Below are positions 10,772 to 20,523 of a stretch of DNA of 64,000 bases, in pieces (the stretch's first letter is position 1; each line of letters begins with the position of its first letter). The notes beneath the pieces are model-generated. The model did not search any database. It saw only the letters and a program-made list of their open reading frames with translations, and was not told the DNA's origin. The stretch lies in the NCBI GenBank assembly GCA_964533955.1, contig CAZHQA010000001.1:44-64043 (forward strand), read 5' to 3'. The position numbers and the translations under genes were made by a program. Origin of the DNA: an uncultured Reyranella sp. GTDB lineage: Bacteria; Pseudomonadota; Alphaproteobacteria; Reyranellales; Reyranellaceae.

Positions 10772-11902
10772 TCAGCTGGACAATCGTTCGTAGAGTCGAA
10801 GCAGCTGCTGGTTCGAATGTGCCAGAGCGAAGTGGCTGCGCACATGCTCCTGGGCGGCGCGGGCGAGCTCGGCGCGGCGTTCTGCGGACAACGAGATCGC
10901 CTGCGAGATCGCCTCGGCCAGGGCCGCCGGGTCACCGGCGGCGGCCAGCCATCCGGTCACGCCGGGGCGCACGGCTTCGGCCGCGCCGCCGCCTTCCTCG
11001 GCCACCACGGGCCGGCCCATGGCCTGAGCTTCGACGATCGTGCGGCTGAAGCCGCGGCTCGCACCTCCGGTCACCACCACTGCGTCGCACAGCATGTAGG
11101 CGGCCGGCATGTCCTCGACATAGGGTCCGATCTGCACCCGGCCGAGCAGCTTGGCCTGTTCGATCGAGTGCTCGAGTTCCCGCTCGAACGGCGTGGGCGT
11201 GTCGGTCGAACCGAGGATCAGGCAGAACACGTCGCTGCGGTCGAGCCTCCTCATCGCCTCGATCAGGATCTTCTGGCCGCCATCCTCGACGAACCGCGAC
11301 GGACAAAGCACGAGATGGCTGCCATCGGGCACGCGCAGCTCGCCCGCCAACCGAATCACCCGGTCGGCGCGCACGACCGCGGGATCGAAACGGTCGAGGT
11401 TGACGCCCGGGGGAATGACCTGCACCCGCTCGCCAAGATCGGGAAAGTGGCCGAGCGCATCGCGCGCGATATGGTCGGAAACGGCGATCAGGGCATCGGC
11501 ATAGGCCTGCCGGCGCTCGATCAGCCGCGCCATCAAGCCCTTGGTGCTGAACGGTCGATACAGGGTGGCGATCCAGCGGAGCCCGAGGCGTCGCGCGACG
11601 TGTCGAGCCACCAGGGCGGTGGCGGGCGAGGTTGCCTGGACGACCGTGACGCCGAGGTCGCGGACGCTGGCGGCGAGGCGGCGCGGCAGGGTGTAGCGCA
11701 ACCGTACCGGATGATCGAATTCGGGCAACTCAAGATGCGAGGCGCGCAGGCGAAGCAGGTCGGGCACCATGGTGCCGCCGGGCGAGGCGACGATGGCGGT
11801 GCCGCCGGCGGCGATCACGGCCTGGGCAGCATCGAGCGTCGCGCGCGCCATTCCGCCGCCGGACAGGGAAGGTACGATCTGGAGAAGGCTGGGTGCGGAC
11901 AA
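10772..11902 (-). CDS. glycosyltransferase family 4 (GT-B, group 1)
   Basis: N-terminal LLQIVPSLSGGGMARATLD and C-terminal VAEEGGGAAEAVRPGVTGWL are typical GT4 motifs. The 519-aa ORF extension upstream is Arg/Pro-rich and overlaps the divergent gene. Likely start is TTG 11902 (or ATG 11851). Confidence 0.8.
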   Translation of the reverse strand: MSAPSLLQIVPSLSGGGMARATLDAAQAVIAAGGTAIVASPGGTMVPDLLRLRASHLELPEFDHPVRLRYTLPRRLAASVRDLGVTVVQATSPATALVARHVARRLGLRWIATLYRPFSTKGLMARLIERRQAYADALIAVSDHIARDALGHFPDLGERVQVIPPGVNLDRFDPAVVRADRVIRLAGELRVPDGSHLVLCPSRFVEDGGQKILIEAMRRLDRSDVFCLILGSTDTPTPFERELEHSIEQAKLLGRVQIGPYVEDMPAAYMLCDAVVVTGGASRGFSRTIVEAQAMGRPVVAEEGGGAAEAVRPGVTGWLAAAGDPAALAEAISQAISLSAERRAELARAAQEHVRSHFALAHSNQQLLRLYERLSS

Positions 11903-11940
11903 ATTGGCGGCCGGTTGCTGGATGTGGCAGGTAACACGGC

Positions 11941-12696
11941 ATGAGCGCCGAAGGTAGTGTGCAGAGACTGAAGCGGCCCGACGGCAATACGGTCGCCTAT
12001 GTGAAGAGCGAAGGCCGCGCGCCGGGTGTGGCGTTCCTTGGCGGCTTTCGTTCGGACATGACCGGGACCAAGGCAATCGCCCTCGAGGCGTGGGCGCGTC
12101 GTGCCGGTCGCGCCTATCTGCGCTTCGACTACCTCGGCCATGGCCAATCGTCCGGCCGCTTCGAGGACGGCACGATCGGCCGCTGGCTCGACGATTCGCT
12201 GGCGGCGATCGACTCGCTGACGAGCGGCAAGCTCGTGCTGGTCGGCTCGAGCATGGGCGGCTGGCTGTCCCTCCTGGCAGCGCGCGCGCGTCCGGAACGC
12301 CTGGCCGGGCTGGTGCTGATCGCTGCTGCACCCGACTTCACGGAACGCATGCTTTTGAAGGGGCTCTCGCCCGAAGATCGCGCGACGCTCGAGCGCGACG
12401 GCCGGCTCGAGCGGCCCTCGCAATACTCTCCCGCGCCCTCGGTCTTCACCTGGAAGCTGATCGAGGAGGGGCGCAATCATCTCCTGCTCGACAAGCCGCT
12501 CGCGCTGCCCTGCCCGGTGCGCCTGCTGCACGGCCAGAGCGATCCCGATGTGCCGTGGGAATATTCCCTGCAGATCGCCCGGCATCTCGAAGCGCCCGAG
12601 GTGATCACGACTCTCGTCAAGGGTGGCGACCATCGCCTCAGCACGCCGGCAGACATCGCCAGACTGGTTTCGACCGTCGAGGAGCTGGCCGGATGA
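11941..12696 (+). CDS. alpha/beta hydrolase
   Basis: Nucleophile elbow LVLVGSSMGGWLSL, the HGQSDPDVP region, and C-terminal GGDHRL (catalytic His). Confidence 0.8.
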   Translation: MSAEGSVQRLKRPDGNTVAYVKSEGRAPGVAFLGGFRSDMTGTKAIALEAWARRAGRAYLRFDYLGHGQSSGRFEDGTIGRWLDDSLAAIDSLTSGKLVLVGSSMGGWLSLLAARARPERLAGLVLIAAAPDFTERMLLKGLSPEDRATLERDGRLERPSQYSPAPSVFTWKLIEEGRNHLLLDKPLALPCPVRLLHGQSDPDVPWEYSLQIARHLEAPEVITTLVKGGDHRLSTPADIARLVSTVEELAG

Positions 12697-12730
12697 CTTT
12701 CCGGCATTTGCGGCATTTCCACCGGCCCCG

Positions 12731-13618
12731 CTACTTCCCGACGGTGGACTTTTCGGCATTTCCGCCGGCCGCGATGGCCTGCAGTCCCTCGCGATAGGTC
12801 GGAAACCGCAGCCGTACGCCCAGCACCTGCTTGATCCGATCGTTCCGGGCGCGGCGGCTTTCACTATAGAACGAGCGCGCCATCGGCCCCAGGCTCGCCG
12901 CCGCCTGCTCCCAGGGAATGAGAGGCGGCGCCGGCACGCCCAGAAGCTCGCAAGCGTAGGCGACGATGTCCTGGCTGGGCGCGGGCAGATCGTCGGCGAC
13001 GTTGTAGATGCCGCCGGGCGACGGCTTCGTGATTGCTGCCATCACCGTGGCCGCGATGTCCGCGACGTGGATGCGCGAGAAGCATTGCCCGGGCTTGTCG
13101 ATGCGGCGCGCGCGGCCTTCCCTGACCTGGTCGAGCGCACTGCGACCGGGGCCATAGATGCCGGGCAGGCGAAAGACGTCGACCACCGCGCCGGCGTCGA
13201 GACCAAGGGCCTGCCAGGCCCGCTCGGCGGCCAGGCGCGCAATGCTGCGTGGTTGTTGCGGATGGGTCGGCGCGGTCTCGTCGACCCAGTCGCCGCCGGT
13301 ATCGCCATAGACGCCGGTCGTCGACAGATAGCCCAGCCAGCGCGCCTCGCGCAGCTGGCGGGCGCAGCAAAGCAGGACCGGATCGCCCGCTGGCTGCGGC
13401 GGCACGCTGTTCAGCACGTGCGTTGCTCCCGCGAGCGCGCCTTCCGGCAAGGGCTTGGTGCCGTCGAACAGGTGCGTCTCGATCCCTTCGGCGGCAATCC
13501 GCCCGGCCTTTTCGGCGGTCGTCACGGTGCCGGCGACCGTCCAGCCGCCGGCCCGCGCCAATCGGGCGATTTCGAGGCCGCTGAAGCCCACGCCGAAGAT
13601 GAAAAGACGACCTGTCAT
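12731..13618 (-). CDS. NAD(P)-binding epimerase/SDR-like protein
   Basis: Start at ATG 13618 (MTGRLFIFGVGFSGLEIARL, GxGxxG Rossmann). The upstream part of ORF 12731-13759 lacks coding character. Confidence 0.75.
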   Translation of the reverse strand: MTGRLFIFGVGFSGLEIARLARAGGWTVAGTVTTAEKAGRIAAEGIETHLFDGTKPLPEGALAGATHVLNSVPPQPAGDPVLLCCARQLREARWLGYLSTTGVYGDTGGDWVDETAPTHPQQPRSIARLAAERAWQALGLDAGAVVDVFRLPGIYGPGRSALDQVREGRARRIDKPGQCFSRIHVADIAATVMAAITKPSPGGIYNVADDLPAPSQDIVAYACELLGVPAPPLIPWEQAAASLGPMARSFYSESRRARNDRIKQVLGVRLRFPTYREGLQAIAAGGNAEKSTVGK

Positions 13619-13655
13619 CTTGTCAGGATCGTCGCGACGCGGTTCTTTTCCAACC

Positions 13656-14507
13656 ATGTTTTTCGCCCGCAAGGCGTTGCCCGTCCTGACGCTATCCGTT
13701 CTCGCGCTCTTCGCTGCACTGCCCGCCATGGCGCAGAAGCTCGACCCGCTGGCCGCCACGCCGCTGGCGCCGACGCCCGACCACCTGCGGCGCTACAACG
13801 AGTGCATGGCGCTCGCCCGCAAGGAGCCTCTCAAGGCGCTGCCGATCGCGGAGAAGTGGAAGAGCGAAGGCGGCGGGCTGGGCGCCCGCCATTGCGTGGC
13901 GCTCGCCATGTTCGAGGCCGGCAAGCCGGTGCAGGCGGCGACGCAGTTCGAGGCGATTGCCCGCGACATGGGGCAGGAGAGGCCCGGCCTGCGTGCCGAG
14001 TTGTGGGCCCAGGCGGGCCAGGCGTGGATCGAGGCCGGGCAGGCGGAGAACGCGGCGGCGGCGCAAAGCCAGGCGCTCGACCTCAAGTCGCAGGACGCCG
14101 ACCTCTGGATCGATCGCGGCCTGAGCTACGCGGCCATGAAGTCGTGGCCGCGGGCCATCTCCGACTTCGATCACGCGCTCGGCCTGCGGCCCAACGACGT
14201 CGAGATACTGGTGTTGCGCGCTGCCGCCTGGCGCAACGCCGGCGATCCCGCCGGGGCGCTGGCCGACGCCGACCGGGCGCTCAGGATCGCCCCCGACCAC
14301 TCCGAGGCGCTGCTCGAGCGGGCCTTCGCTTTTCTGGCACGCGGCGACAGGGCGGGCGCGGACATTGTCTTCGCGCGTGTCTTGAAGCTGGTGCCACCGG
14401 GCTCGGATGCCGCCAAGCGCGCGCAGGCAGGCTTGCGCGGCGAGCGGCCGGGCGCCGATCCACCGCCCCCGGCCGGCAATCCTGTGAATGAGAAGAAAAA
14501 GCCGTAA
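13656..14507 (+). CDS. secreted tetratricopeptide-repeat protein
   Basis: ATG 13656 gives MFFARKALPVLTLSVLALFAALPAMAQ (signal peptide). It is followed by repeated A/L-rich TPR-like helices (AISDFDHALGLRPNDVEILVLRAAAW, ALADADRALRIAPDHSEALLERA). Confidence 0.75.
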   Translation: MFFARKALPVLTLSVLALFAALPAMAQKLDPLAATPLAPTPDHLRRYNECMALARKEPLKALPIAEKWKSEGGGLGARHCVALAMFEAGKPVQAATQFEAIARDMGQERPGLRAELWAQAGQAWIEAGQAENAAAAQSQALDLKSQDADLWIDRGLSYAAMKSWPRAISDFDHALGLRPNDVEILVLRAAAWRNAGDPAGALADADRALRIAPDHSEALLERAFAFLARGDRAGADIVFARVLKLVPPGSDAAKRAQAGLRGERPGADPPPPAGNPVNEKKKP

Positions 14508-14508
14508 T

Positions 14509-15147
14509 ATGGAAAGCACAATGCAACGCCTCGCCCTCTCGCTCGCACTCCTGTTCATGGCCGCGTCGGCTCATGGCCAGAATCAGGCGCCCTCGCCGTT
14601 CTATCCCGTGCCGCCGCCGGAACAGGCGCCGAAGATCGAGCAGGGCGCACCGCTCACCAATCTCTCCTCGCCGCTCGACCAGGATCAGCAGAAGGTGACC
14701 CGCACGGTCATCGATTCGGACACCGAAGCGCAGCTCTTCGCCGGCGCCGTCAAGGTCGTGTGGGGCCGCTACGCCAAGATCAAGGGTGCCAAGGCGGGTG
14801 ACGTGACGGTGACCAAGGAGGGCGCGCTGTGGCGCGTGAAAGGCCGCATCGACAGCGTGGCGCCCGGCACCGAGGGCGACTGGGCGGCGATCGACGGCGT
14901 GGTCGAGCGCATCTCGGCCGGCGCCGTGCAGATCCGCGGCGAGGTCGCGTTCCGAATCGCAAAGGTCATGAAGGGCACACCCTGCAAGGTGGGCGGCACG
15001 CTGCATTTCAAGCGCTCGGGCAAGTCGCAGGTCTGGCGGCTGACCGAAGGCGACAATCCCTGCGATGGCGTCCAGGAGATGTTCGACCTGGTCTACGAGA
15101 AGCCGGCCGAGAAGAAGCCGGTGCCGCCCCAACCCAAGCGGTCCTAG
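14509..15147 (+). CDS. secreted hypothetical protein
   Basis: The ATG lies 1 nt after the TPR gene stop. Signal peptide MQRLALSLALLFMAASAHG, Pro-rich N and C termini, no recognisable family. Confidence 0.6.
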   Translation: MESTMQRLALSLALLFMAASAHGQNQAPSPFYPVPPPEQAPKIEQGAPLTNLSSPLDQDQQKVTRTVIDSDTEAQLFAGAVKVVWGRYAKIKGAKAGDVTVTKEGALWRVKGRIDSVAPGTEGDWAAIDGVVERISAGAVQIRGEVAFRIAKVMKGTPCKVGGTLHFKRSGKSQVWRLTEGDNPCDGVQEMFDLVYEKPAEKKPVPPQPKRS

Positions 15148-15158
15148 CTCGGTCCGTA

Positions 15159-15605
15159 TCAGGCGCGCAGCCTGGCGATCTCTTCGCGCGCCAGTTCGTC
15201 GGCACGTTCGTTCTCGACGTGGCCGCTATGGCCCTTGACCCAGCTCCAGTGGATACGGTGCGGCACGCCGGCGGCGTCGAGACGCTGCCACAGGTCGACA
15301 TTCTTCACCGGCTTCTTGTCGGCGGTGCGCCAGCCGTTCTTTTTCCAGCCCCTGATCCATTTTGTGGCGCCGTCGAGCACATAGCGGCTGTCGGTGTAGA
15401 GCCGCACCACGCAAGGCCGCTTCAGCGCCTCGAGGCCCGAGATCACCGCCATCAGCTCCATCTTGTTGTTGGTGGTGGCCGGATCGCCGCCCGACAACTC
15501 GCGCTCCTTGTCGCCCATCCGCAGGATGGCGGCCCAGCCGCCCGGGCCGGGATTGCCGCTGCAGGCGCCGTCGGTGAACAGCTCGACCTCGGGCTGGCCG
15601 CTCAC
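15159..15605 (-). CDS. rnhA: ribonuclease HI
   Basis: [27 protein letters not shown] and the YTDSRYV motifs. Length 148 aa. Confidence 0.93.
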   Translation of the reverse strand: MSGQPEVELFTDGACSGNPGPGGWAAILRMGDKERELSGGDPATTNNKMELMAVISGLEALKRPCVVRLYTDSRYVLDGATKWIRGWKKNGWRTADKKPVKNVDLWQRLDAAGVPHRIHWSWVKGHSGHVENERADELAREEIARLRA

Positions 15606-15615
15606 GATCCACCGC

Positions 15616-16566
15616 TCACAGGCCGTAGTCCGCCATCGACGTGATGCCGCGATGAAAGCGTAGCTTGGCGAGGTATTCCTGCGGGTCCTTGCGCTTGACC
15701 AGCGCGTCCGCCGGGGTGTGCACCCAATCGTAGAGCCGGGTCAGCAGGAAGCGCAGTGCCGCGCCGCGCGCCAGCAGCGGCAGGTAGTGCCGCTCGTCGT
15801 CGCCGAGTTTGCGCACCTCGTCGTAGGCGTGCAGCAGGGCGCGGGCCTTGGTGGCGTTGAAGGAATTGTCGCTTTCGAAGCACCAGGCGTTGAGGCAGAT
15901 CGCCACGTCGTAGGCGAAGAAATCATTGCAGGCGAAGTAGAAATCGATCAGGCCCGAGAGCCTGTCGTGCAGGAAGAAGACGTTGTCGTTGAACAGGTCG
16001 GCGTGGATCACGCCCGACGGCAAATCCTGCGGCCAGCCGGCTTCGAAGAAGTCGATCTCGGCGCCGAGTTCGCGCTCCATGGCGGCATCTATGTGCTCCC
16101 GAGAAGCGTCGAACAGCGGCCGCCAGCCCTTCACCGAGAGCGCGTTGGGCCGCTTGACCTCGAAGTCGGCACCGGCGAGATGCAGCCCGGCCAAGCCCCC
16201 GCCCACCGGTCCGCAGTGCTTCACGGCGATGCGGCGCGGCGACAGGCCATGCAGGAAGGTGGTGATCGCAGCCGGCCGGCCGGCGAGCGTGCGGACGGCA
16301 TTGCCGTCGCGACCGTGAATCGGCCGGGGGCAATTGATGCCTCGCGCCGAGAGGTGGTCCATCAAGCCGAGAAAGAACGGCAGGTCCCTGGGATCGACGC
16401 GCTTCTCGTAGAGCGTCAGGAAATACTGGCCCTTCGTCGTCGTCAGGAGGTAGTTCGAATTCTCGACGCCCTCGGCGACTCCTTTCAGCGCATCGGCTTC
16501 GCCGATGTCGTACTCCGCCAGAAAGGCCTCGAGCTCGCCGTCGCTGACCTCGGTATAGACCGCCAT
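15616..16566 (-). CDS. thrB: homoserine kinase, type II (APH-fold ThrB)
   Basis: [57 protein letters not shown] is typical of alphaproteobacterial ThrB. The start ATG at 16564-16566 overlaps the ispH stop by 1 nt (TGATG). Confidence 0.88.
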   Translation of the reverse strand: MAVYTEVSDGELEAFLAEYDIGEADALKGVAEGVENSNYLLTTTKGQYFLTLYEKRVDPRDLPFFLGLMDHLSARGINCPRPIHGRDGNAVRTLAGRPAAITTFLHGLSPRRIAVKHCGPVGGGLAGLHLAGADFEVKRPNALSVKGWRPLFDASREHIDAAMERELGAEIDFFEAGWPQDLPSGVIHADLFNDNVFFLHDRLSGLIDFYFACNDFFAYDVAICLNAWCFESDNSFNATKARALLHAYDEVRKLGDDERHYLPLLARGAALRFLLTRLYDWVHTPADALVKRKDPQEYLAKLRFHRGITSMADYGL

Positions 16567-17516
16567 CAGGCCACCAGCTGGCGCGGCAACTTGAAGACCA
16601 TGCTCTCTTCTGCCGTGCGCACTTCCTCGACCGTGACCTCGTAGCGTGCACGACAAGCGGCGACCAGTTCGTCGACCAGTCGTTCCGGCGCCGACGCTCC
16701 CGCCGTGATGCCAAGCCGCGCGACGCCTTCCAGCCACTGCCAGTCCATGTCGGCGGCCTGCTGCACCAGCCGCGACCGGCCGCAGCCGCCGTTTGCGGCG
16801 ACCTCGACCAGGCGGATGGAGTTGGAGGAATGAGGCGCGCCGATCACGACCAGCGCATCGCAGGTTCCGGCGATCGCCTTCACCGCAGCCTGCCGGTTGG
16901 TGGTCGCGTAGCAGATGTCCTCGAGCTTGGGGCCGTGCATGGCGGGGAAACGCCGGCGCAGGGCGGCGACTATCTTGTCCGTGTCGTCGACCGACAGCGT
17001 CGTCTGCGTGGCATAGGCGAGGTTCAGCGGATCGGAAACGTCGATCGTCTCCGCCTGCGCCACGTCCTCGACCAGCAGCACCGCGCCGGGCGGCAGCTGC
17101 CCCATGGTGCCGAGCACCTCGGGATGGCCGGCGTGGCCGATCAGGATCACCGTACGGCCGAGGTCATGATGGCGCTCGGCCTCGCGATGGACCTTGGAGA
17201 CCAGCGGGCAGGTCGCATCGACGTAGAGGAGTTTGCGGCGCGTCGCCTCGGCCGGCACCTTCTTCGGCACGCCATGGGCAGAGAACACGACAGGCCGGTC
17301 GTCCGGGACCTCGTCGAGATCGTCGACGAAAATTGCATCCTTCGCCTCGAGACTCTGCACGACGGAGCGATTGTGAACGATCTCGTGCCGCACATAGACC
17401 GGCGGGCCGTAGCGCTCGATGGCGCGCTCGACAATCTGGACGGCGCGCTCGACGCCGGCGCAGAAGCCGCGCGGGCTGGCGAGCAGAATCTTCAAAGGCT
17501 TCCTGGGTTCGGACAT
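16566..17516 (-). CDS. ispH: 4-hydroxy-3-methylbut-2-enyl diphosphate reductase
   Basis: [21 protein letters not shown] and [11 protein letters not shown] 17516 ([12 protein letters not shown]) gives the usual length of about 316 aa. The 449-aa ORF extension is rejected. Confidence 0.93.
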   Translation of the reverse strand: MSEPRKPLKILLASPRGFCAGVERAVQIVERAIERYGPPVYVRHEIVHNRSVVQSLEAKDAIFVDDLDEVPDDRPVVFSAHGVPKKVPAEATRRKLLYVDATCPLVSKVHREAERHHDLGRTVILIGHAGHPEVLGTMGQLPPGAVLLVEDVAQAETIDVSDPLNLAYATQTTLSVDDTDKIVAALRRRFPAMHGPKLEDICYATTNRQAAVKAIAGTCDALVVIGAPHSSNSIRLVEVAANGGCGRSRLVQQAADMDWQWLEGVARLGITAGASAPERLVDELVAACRARYEVTVEEVRTAEESMVFKLPRQLVA

Positions 17517-17636
17517 GAAAAAACGGTCATGCAGCGTGAAGTCCGCTTGCTTGCGGCCCAGCGGACCATTGCCTAGACTCCACGAATACGGATGGGCGCG
17601 GCACCGTAACAAAGCCGCCGCAACGGGGAAAGCAAC

Positions 17637-17879
17637 ATGACCGAGCCGGTTGTCGCGGCCAAGGCGCCGATCAAGGTAGCGCTGGAAGCAGGCAAGGACT
17701 ACTGGTGGTGCGCCTGCGGCCAGAGCAAGAACCAGCCGTTCTGCGACGGCACTCACAAGGGCAGCGGCCTCACACCGATGAAATACACCGCCGAGAAGAC
17801 GGCGGATTACTGGCTTTGCGCCTGCAAGCATTCGAGCAAGAAGCCGCTGTGCGACGGTACCCACAAGACCCTCGCATGA
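17637..17879 (+). CDS. CDGSH iron-sulfur domain protein (two CDGSH motifs)
   Basis: [19 protein letters not shown] and [19 protein letters not shown] are two copies of the C-x-C-x2-S-x3-P-x-C-D-G-T-H signature in 80 aa. Confidence 0.85.
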   Translation: MTEPVVAAKAPIKVALEAGKDYWWCACGQSKNQPFCDGTHKGSGLTPMKYTAEKTADYWLCACKHSSKKPLCDGTHKTLA

Positions 17880-18418
17880 TCGCAGATCGTCTTCTTCTCT
17901 TGGCACCGATGGCATTGGCGCTTGCCCTGGCCGGCTGCGGAGGCCGATCCGACAAGGAAGCGGCGGCGGCGTCCTATTGCCCGACTCCGCTCGCCGTTCA
18001 GGACGCGCAGCGGCTGACCCGTTTCAAGGCGGGCGGCGGACGCGACCCACGCGACGTGGCGTTCGAGGCGGTCCTGGTGCAGACCAATGCGGCCTGCTCG
18101 ATCAGTCGTCAGACCATGGATGTTTCCGTGTTCATTCAGATCGCCGTCAATGCCGGCCCGTCGGTCGGATCGGGGACGACCCGTGTGCCGTTTTTCGTCC
18201 GCGTACTCGATGCCAATGGCTCGGTGGTCGTGGGGCGGGACGAATTGGCCGACTACAAGCTGAGCGCCGCCAGTCCGCGTGGCATGAGTCGCGAGGAGCT
18301 CGGCGTCAAGATTCCGTTCAACTCGGTCGCCGATATCGGCTCCTACAGGATCGCCGTGGGCCTGCTGCCGACGCCCGACGAGCTCGAGTTCAACCGGCGG
18401 GCGACGGCGCGGCAATGA
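17876..18418 (+). CDS. lipoprotein, function unknown
   Basis: ATG 17876 overlaps the CDGSH stop (ATGA). Lipobox LALAGC in [23 protein letters not shown]. The upstream part of ORF 17705-18418 overlaps the CDGSH gene out of frame. Confidence 0.7.
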   Translation: MIADRLLLLAPMALALALAGCGGRSDKEAAAASYCPTPLAVQDAQRLTRFKAGGGRDPRDVAFEAVLVQTNAACSISRQTMDVSVFIQIAVNAGPSVGSGTTRVPFFVRVLDANGSVVVGRDELADYKLSAASPRGMSREELGVKIPFNSVADIGSYRIAVGLLPTPDELEFNRRATARQ

Positions 18419-19758
18419 GTGCCTATGCCGATCGTCTCGAGGCGCTCGCGGCCGACGCTGCAGATCGCTGCACGACCTGCGGCAAGTGCTTCGAGGTCTG
18501 TCCGACGGCCCGCGAGATCGGGCTGGCGGGCGGCGAGGCCACGGCCCGGGTGGGCGAACTGCTTGCCTTGACGCGCGACGGCGGCCGGGCAGCCGAGCCG
18601 CTCTCCAGGTGGCTCAATGCCTGCGACGGCAGCGCGCGCTGCAACGACGCCTGCCCCGAGCAAATCAACGTCCGCCAATGGGTCACCATCGCCAAGCTCA
18701 AGGCGCTGCAGGCCGACCGGCCGCGCGAGGAAGGCCAGGCCAACGCGGCCAATCGCTTCCGCCACATGGCCCAGGCAGTGCGGCTGCTGGCCAGCATGCA
18801 ACTGCCGTCGGAGACGCTGAGCAGGATCCTGGCTCCTGCCGAGAAGCGGACGGCCGACGTGCTGTTCTATACCGGCTGCAACGTCCTGCGCACGCCGCAC
18901 ATCGTGCTGAACGTCATGGACATCCTCGACGCGCTCAAGCTCGACTTCGACGTGGTCGGCGGCACCGCCCATTGCTGCGGCGTCTATCAATTCCAGGAAG
19001 CCGACCTGCCGACCTACGAGCGCGTGGGTCATCGCACCTTCCAGCGCTTCGGCCAGTCGGGCGCGTCGCGGGTGCTGACCTGGTGTCCGACCTGCACCAA
19101 GAATTTCGACGAACTGGAGAAGGACGTCGAAGCGCCGTCCTTCGATCTCGGCCATGTCAGCGAATTCCTGGCGGCCAACCTCGATGCGCTGAAGGCAGCC
19201 TTCAGGACCGACCAGCCACGGCGCCGTGTCGTGATCCACGAGCATCTCGGCATCGGCGCCACCCTCGCCAGCATGCGCAGGCTGCTGGGCGCAGTGCCCA
19301 ATCTCGAGCTGGTCGAGCTGCCGCAGGATTCGGGCTTCTCCTATGCCTGCGGCGGACAGGCTGCCAAGTTCAAGGAGCGCGAGGCGGCGATCCATCGCGC
19401 CCTCGCCGAAGGCGCCGTCGCGGCCGGTGCCGACACCATCGTCACAATGTACCATTCCTGCCATCGCGCGCTTGCCGGCGCCGAGGCGGTCTATCCGCTG
19501 AAGGTCGTGAACTTCACCGACGTGATCGCCGAGGCGCTGGGTCGTGGCGGCCACCCGGATTACTACCGCCTCTACAAGAAGGGTGGCGCCATGGACGAAG
19601 CCGTCGCGGCGGCCAAGAAGTTCCTGCAGAGCAATGGTGTCAGGGTCGACGAGACTTCGATCCAGTCGCTCACCGCCGACATCTTCAACGAGACGGGCCT
19701 GGCTGGCCCGCGCGATGCCTTCCGCGATGCTTTTGCCGCGCTTGCGCGCGACGGCTGA
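18415..19758 (+). CDS. (Fe-S)-binding protein with two CCG domains (HdrD/GlcF/GlpC-like)
   Basis: ATG 18415 overlaps the lipoprotein stop (ATGA). Ferredoxin-type CTTCGKCFEVCP and CNDACPEQINV, and Cys-rich CCG-type motifs FYTGCNVLRTPH, HCCGVYQ, WCPTCTKNF and MYHSCHRAL. Confidence 0.8.
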   Translation: MSAYADRLEALAADAADRCTTCGKCFEVCPTAREIGLAGGEATARVGELLALTRDGGRAAEPLSRWLNACDGSARCNDACPEQINVRQWVTIAKLKALQADRPREEGQANAANRFRHMAQAVRLLASMQLPSETLSRILAPAEKRTADVLFYTGCNVLRTPHIVLNVMDILDALKLDFDVVGGTAHCCGVYQFQEADLPTYERVGHRTFQRFGQSGASRVLTWCPTCTKNFDELEKDVEAPSFDLGHVSEFLAANLDALKAAFRTDQPRRRVVIHEHLGIGATLASMRRLLGAVPNLELVELPQDSGFSYACGGQAAKFKEREAAIHRALAEGAVAAGADTIVTMYHSCHRALAGAEAVYPLKVVNFTDVIAEALGRGGHPDYYRLYKKGGAMDEAVAAAKKFLQSNGVRVDETSIQSLTADIFNETGLAGPRDAFRDAFAALARDG

Positions 19759-20334
19759 TCATTTTTCCTTCACCGACAGCACGGCCCAGGCCGCGTCGGC
19801 GAAGAAGCGGACATGCTGGGCGAGGTTGCCGGTGAAGCGGCCATAGATCTTGTAGGTCGCCGCCTGCAGCACCACGCCGATCGCCGATGCGGCGGCGAGA
19901 TCGGCATTGCGCCTGGGGATTTCGCCCGCCCGCATGGCCTGGGCGATCACCTCGCGGACGGTATTCACCGGATTTGGCGTGCCGTCCGGCACCTGCACCA
20001 GGAATGAATGCTGGTTGAGCAGGTGATAGGCAAACAGGGTCCAGTCGCGGTCGGCCCATTCGCAGTAGCAGCGCACGATCGCCTCGATCTTGGCACGCAG
20101 TCCCTTGAGCGGCCGCGCCGCCTCGGCCAGCGCTTCGGCGAGCGCCCGGTGATGGCGCAGGAAAATGTCGAGCGCGAGCTGCTCCTTGCTCGGGACGTAG
20201 CGGTAGATCGTCCCCTCGGCGATCGACGCCGCCATGGCGATCTCCTTGGTCGTGGTCTCGGTGACGCCGCGCGCAACGAACAGCGTCAGCGCGGCGCGCT
20301 CGACCCGCGCCTTGGTTTCCTCGGCCTTCCCCAT
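19759..20334 (-). CDS. TetR/AcrR-family transcriptional regulator
   Basis: ATG 20334 (MGKAEETKARVERAALTLFVARG) and HTH GVTETTTKEIAMAASIAEGTIYRYVPSKEQL. Its stop abuts the stop of the convergent HdrD-like gene. Confidence 0.88.
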   Translation of the reverse strand: MGKAEETKARVERAALTLFVARGVTETTTKEIAMAASIAEGTIYRYVPSKEQLALDIFLRHHRALAEALAEAARPLKGLRAKIEAIVRCYCEWADRDWTLFAYHLLNQHSFLVQVPDGTPNPVNTVREVIAQAMRAGEIPRRNADLAAASAIGVVLQAATYKIYGRFTGNLAQHVRFFADAAWAVLSVKEK

Positions 20335-20338
20335 CGTC

Positions 20339-20509
20339 TCAGTGTATGAGGGCGCACTCACTTGTGAAAGATGGCTCCTCCGTCCCGCGATCCCCGGCGG
20401 GGGTCGCGAGCCAGCGCCAGTCGATGATCCAGTCCTCGAGGACCTCGACCAGATCCTGGGATTCGCTCCAGAGCTCGAGCACCTCGAAGGCAGCCTTGCG
20501 GATGAACAT
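20339..20509 (-). CDS. candidate small acidic Trp-rich protein (56 aa) upstream of and coupled to the TetR gene
   Basis: ATG 20509 is preceded by GGTGG at a 6-nt spacing. Most codons end in G or C in a GC-rich genome. The TGA stop lies 4 nt before the TetR ATG. No recognisable family (MFIRKAAFEVLELWSESQDLVEVLEDWIIDWRWL). Confidence 0.4.
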   Translation of the reverse strand: MFIRKAAFEVLELWSESQDLVEVLEDWIIDWRWLATPAGDRGTEEPSFTSECALIH

Positions 20510-20523
20510 GACGAACCACCATG

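Noticed and set aside
17517-17915. N-terminal extension of the 449-aa ORF containing ispH
   Set aside because: IspH homology starts at [12 protein letters not shown] (ATG 17516). The extension would overlap the divergent CDGSH gene.
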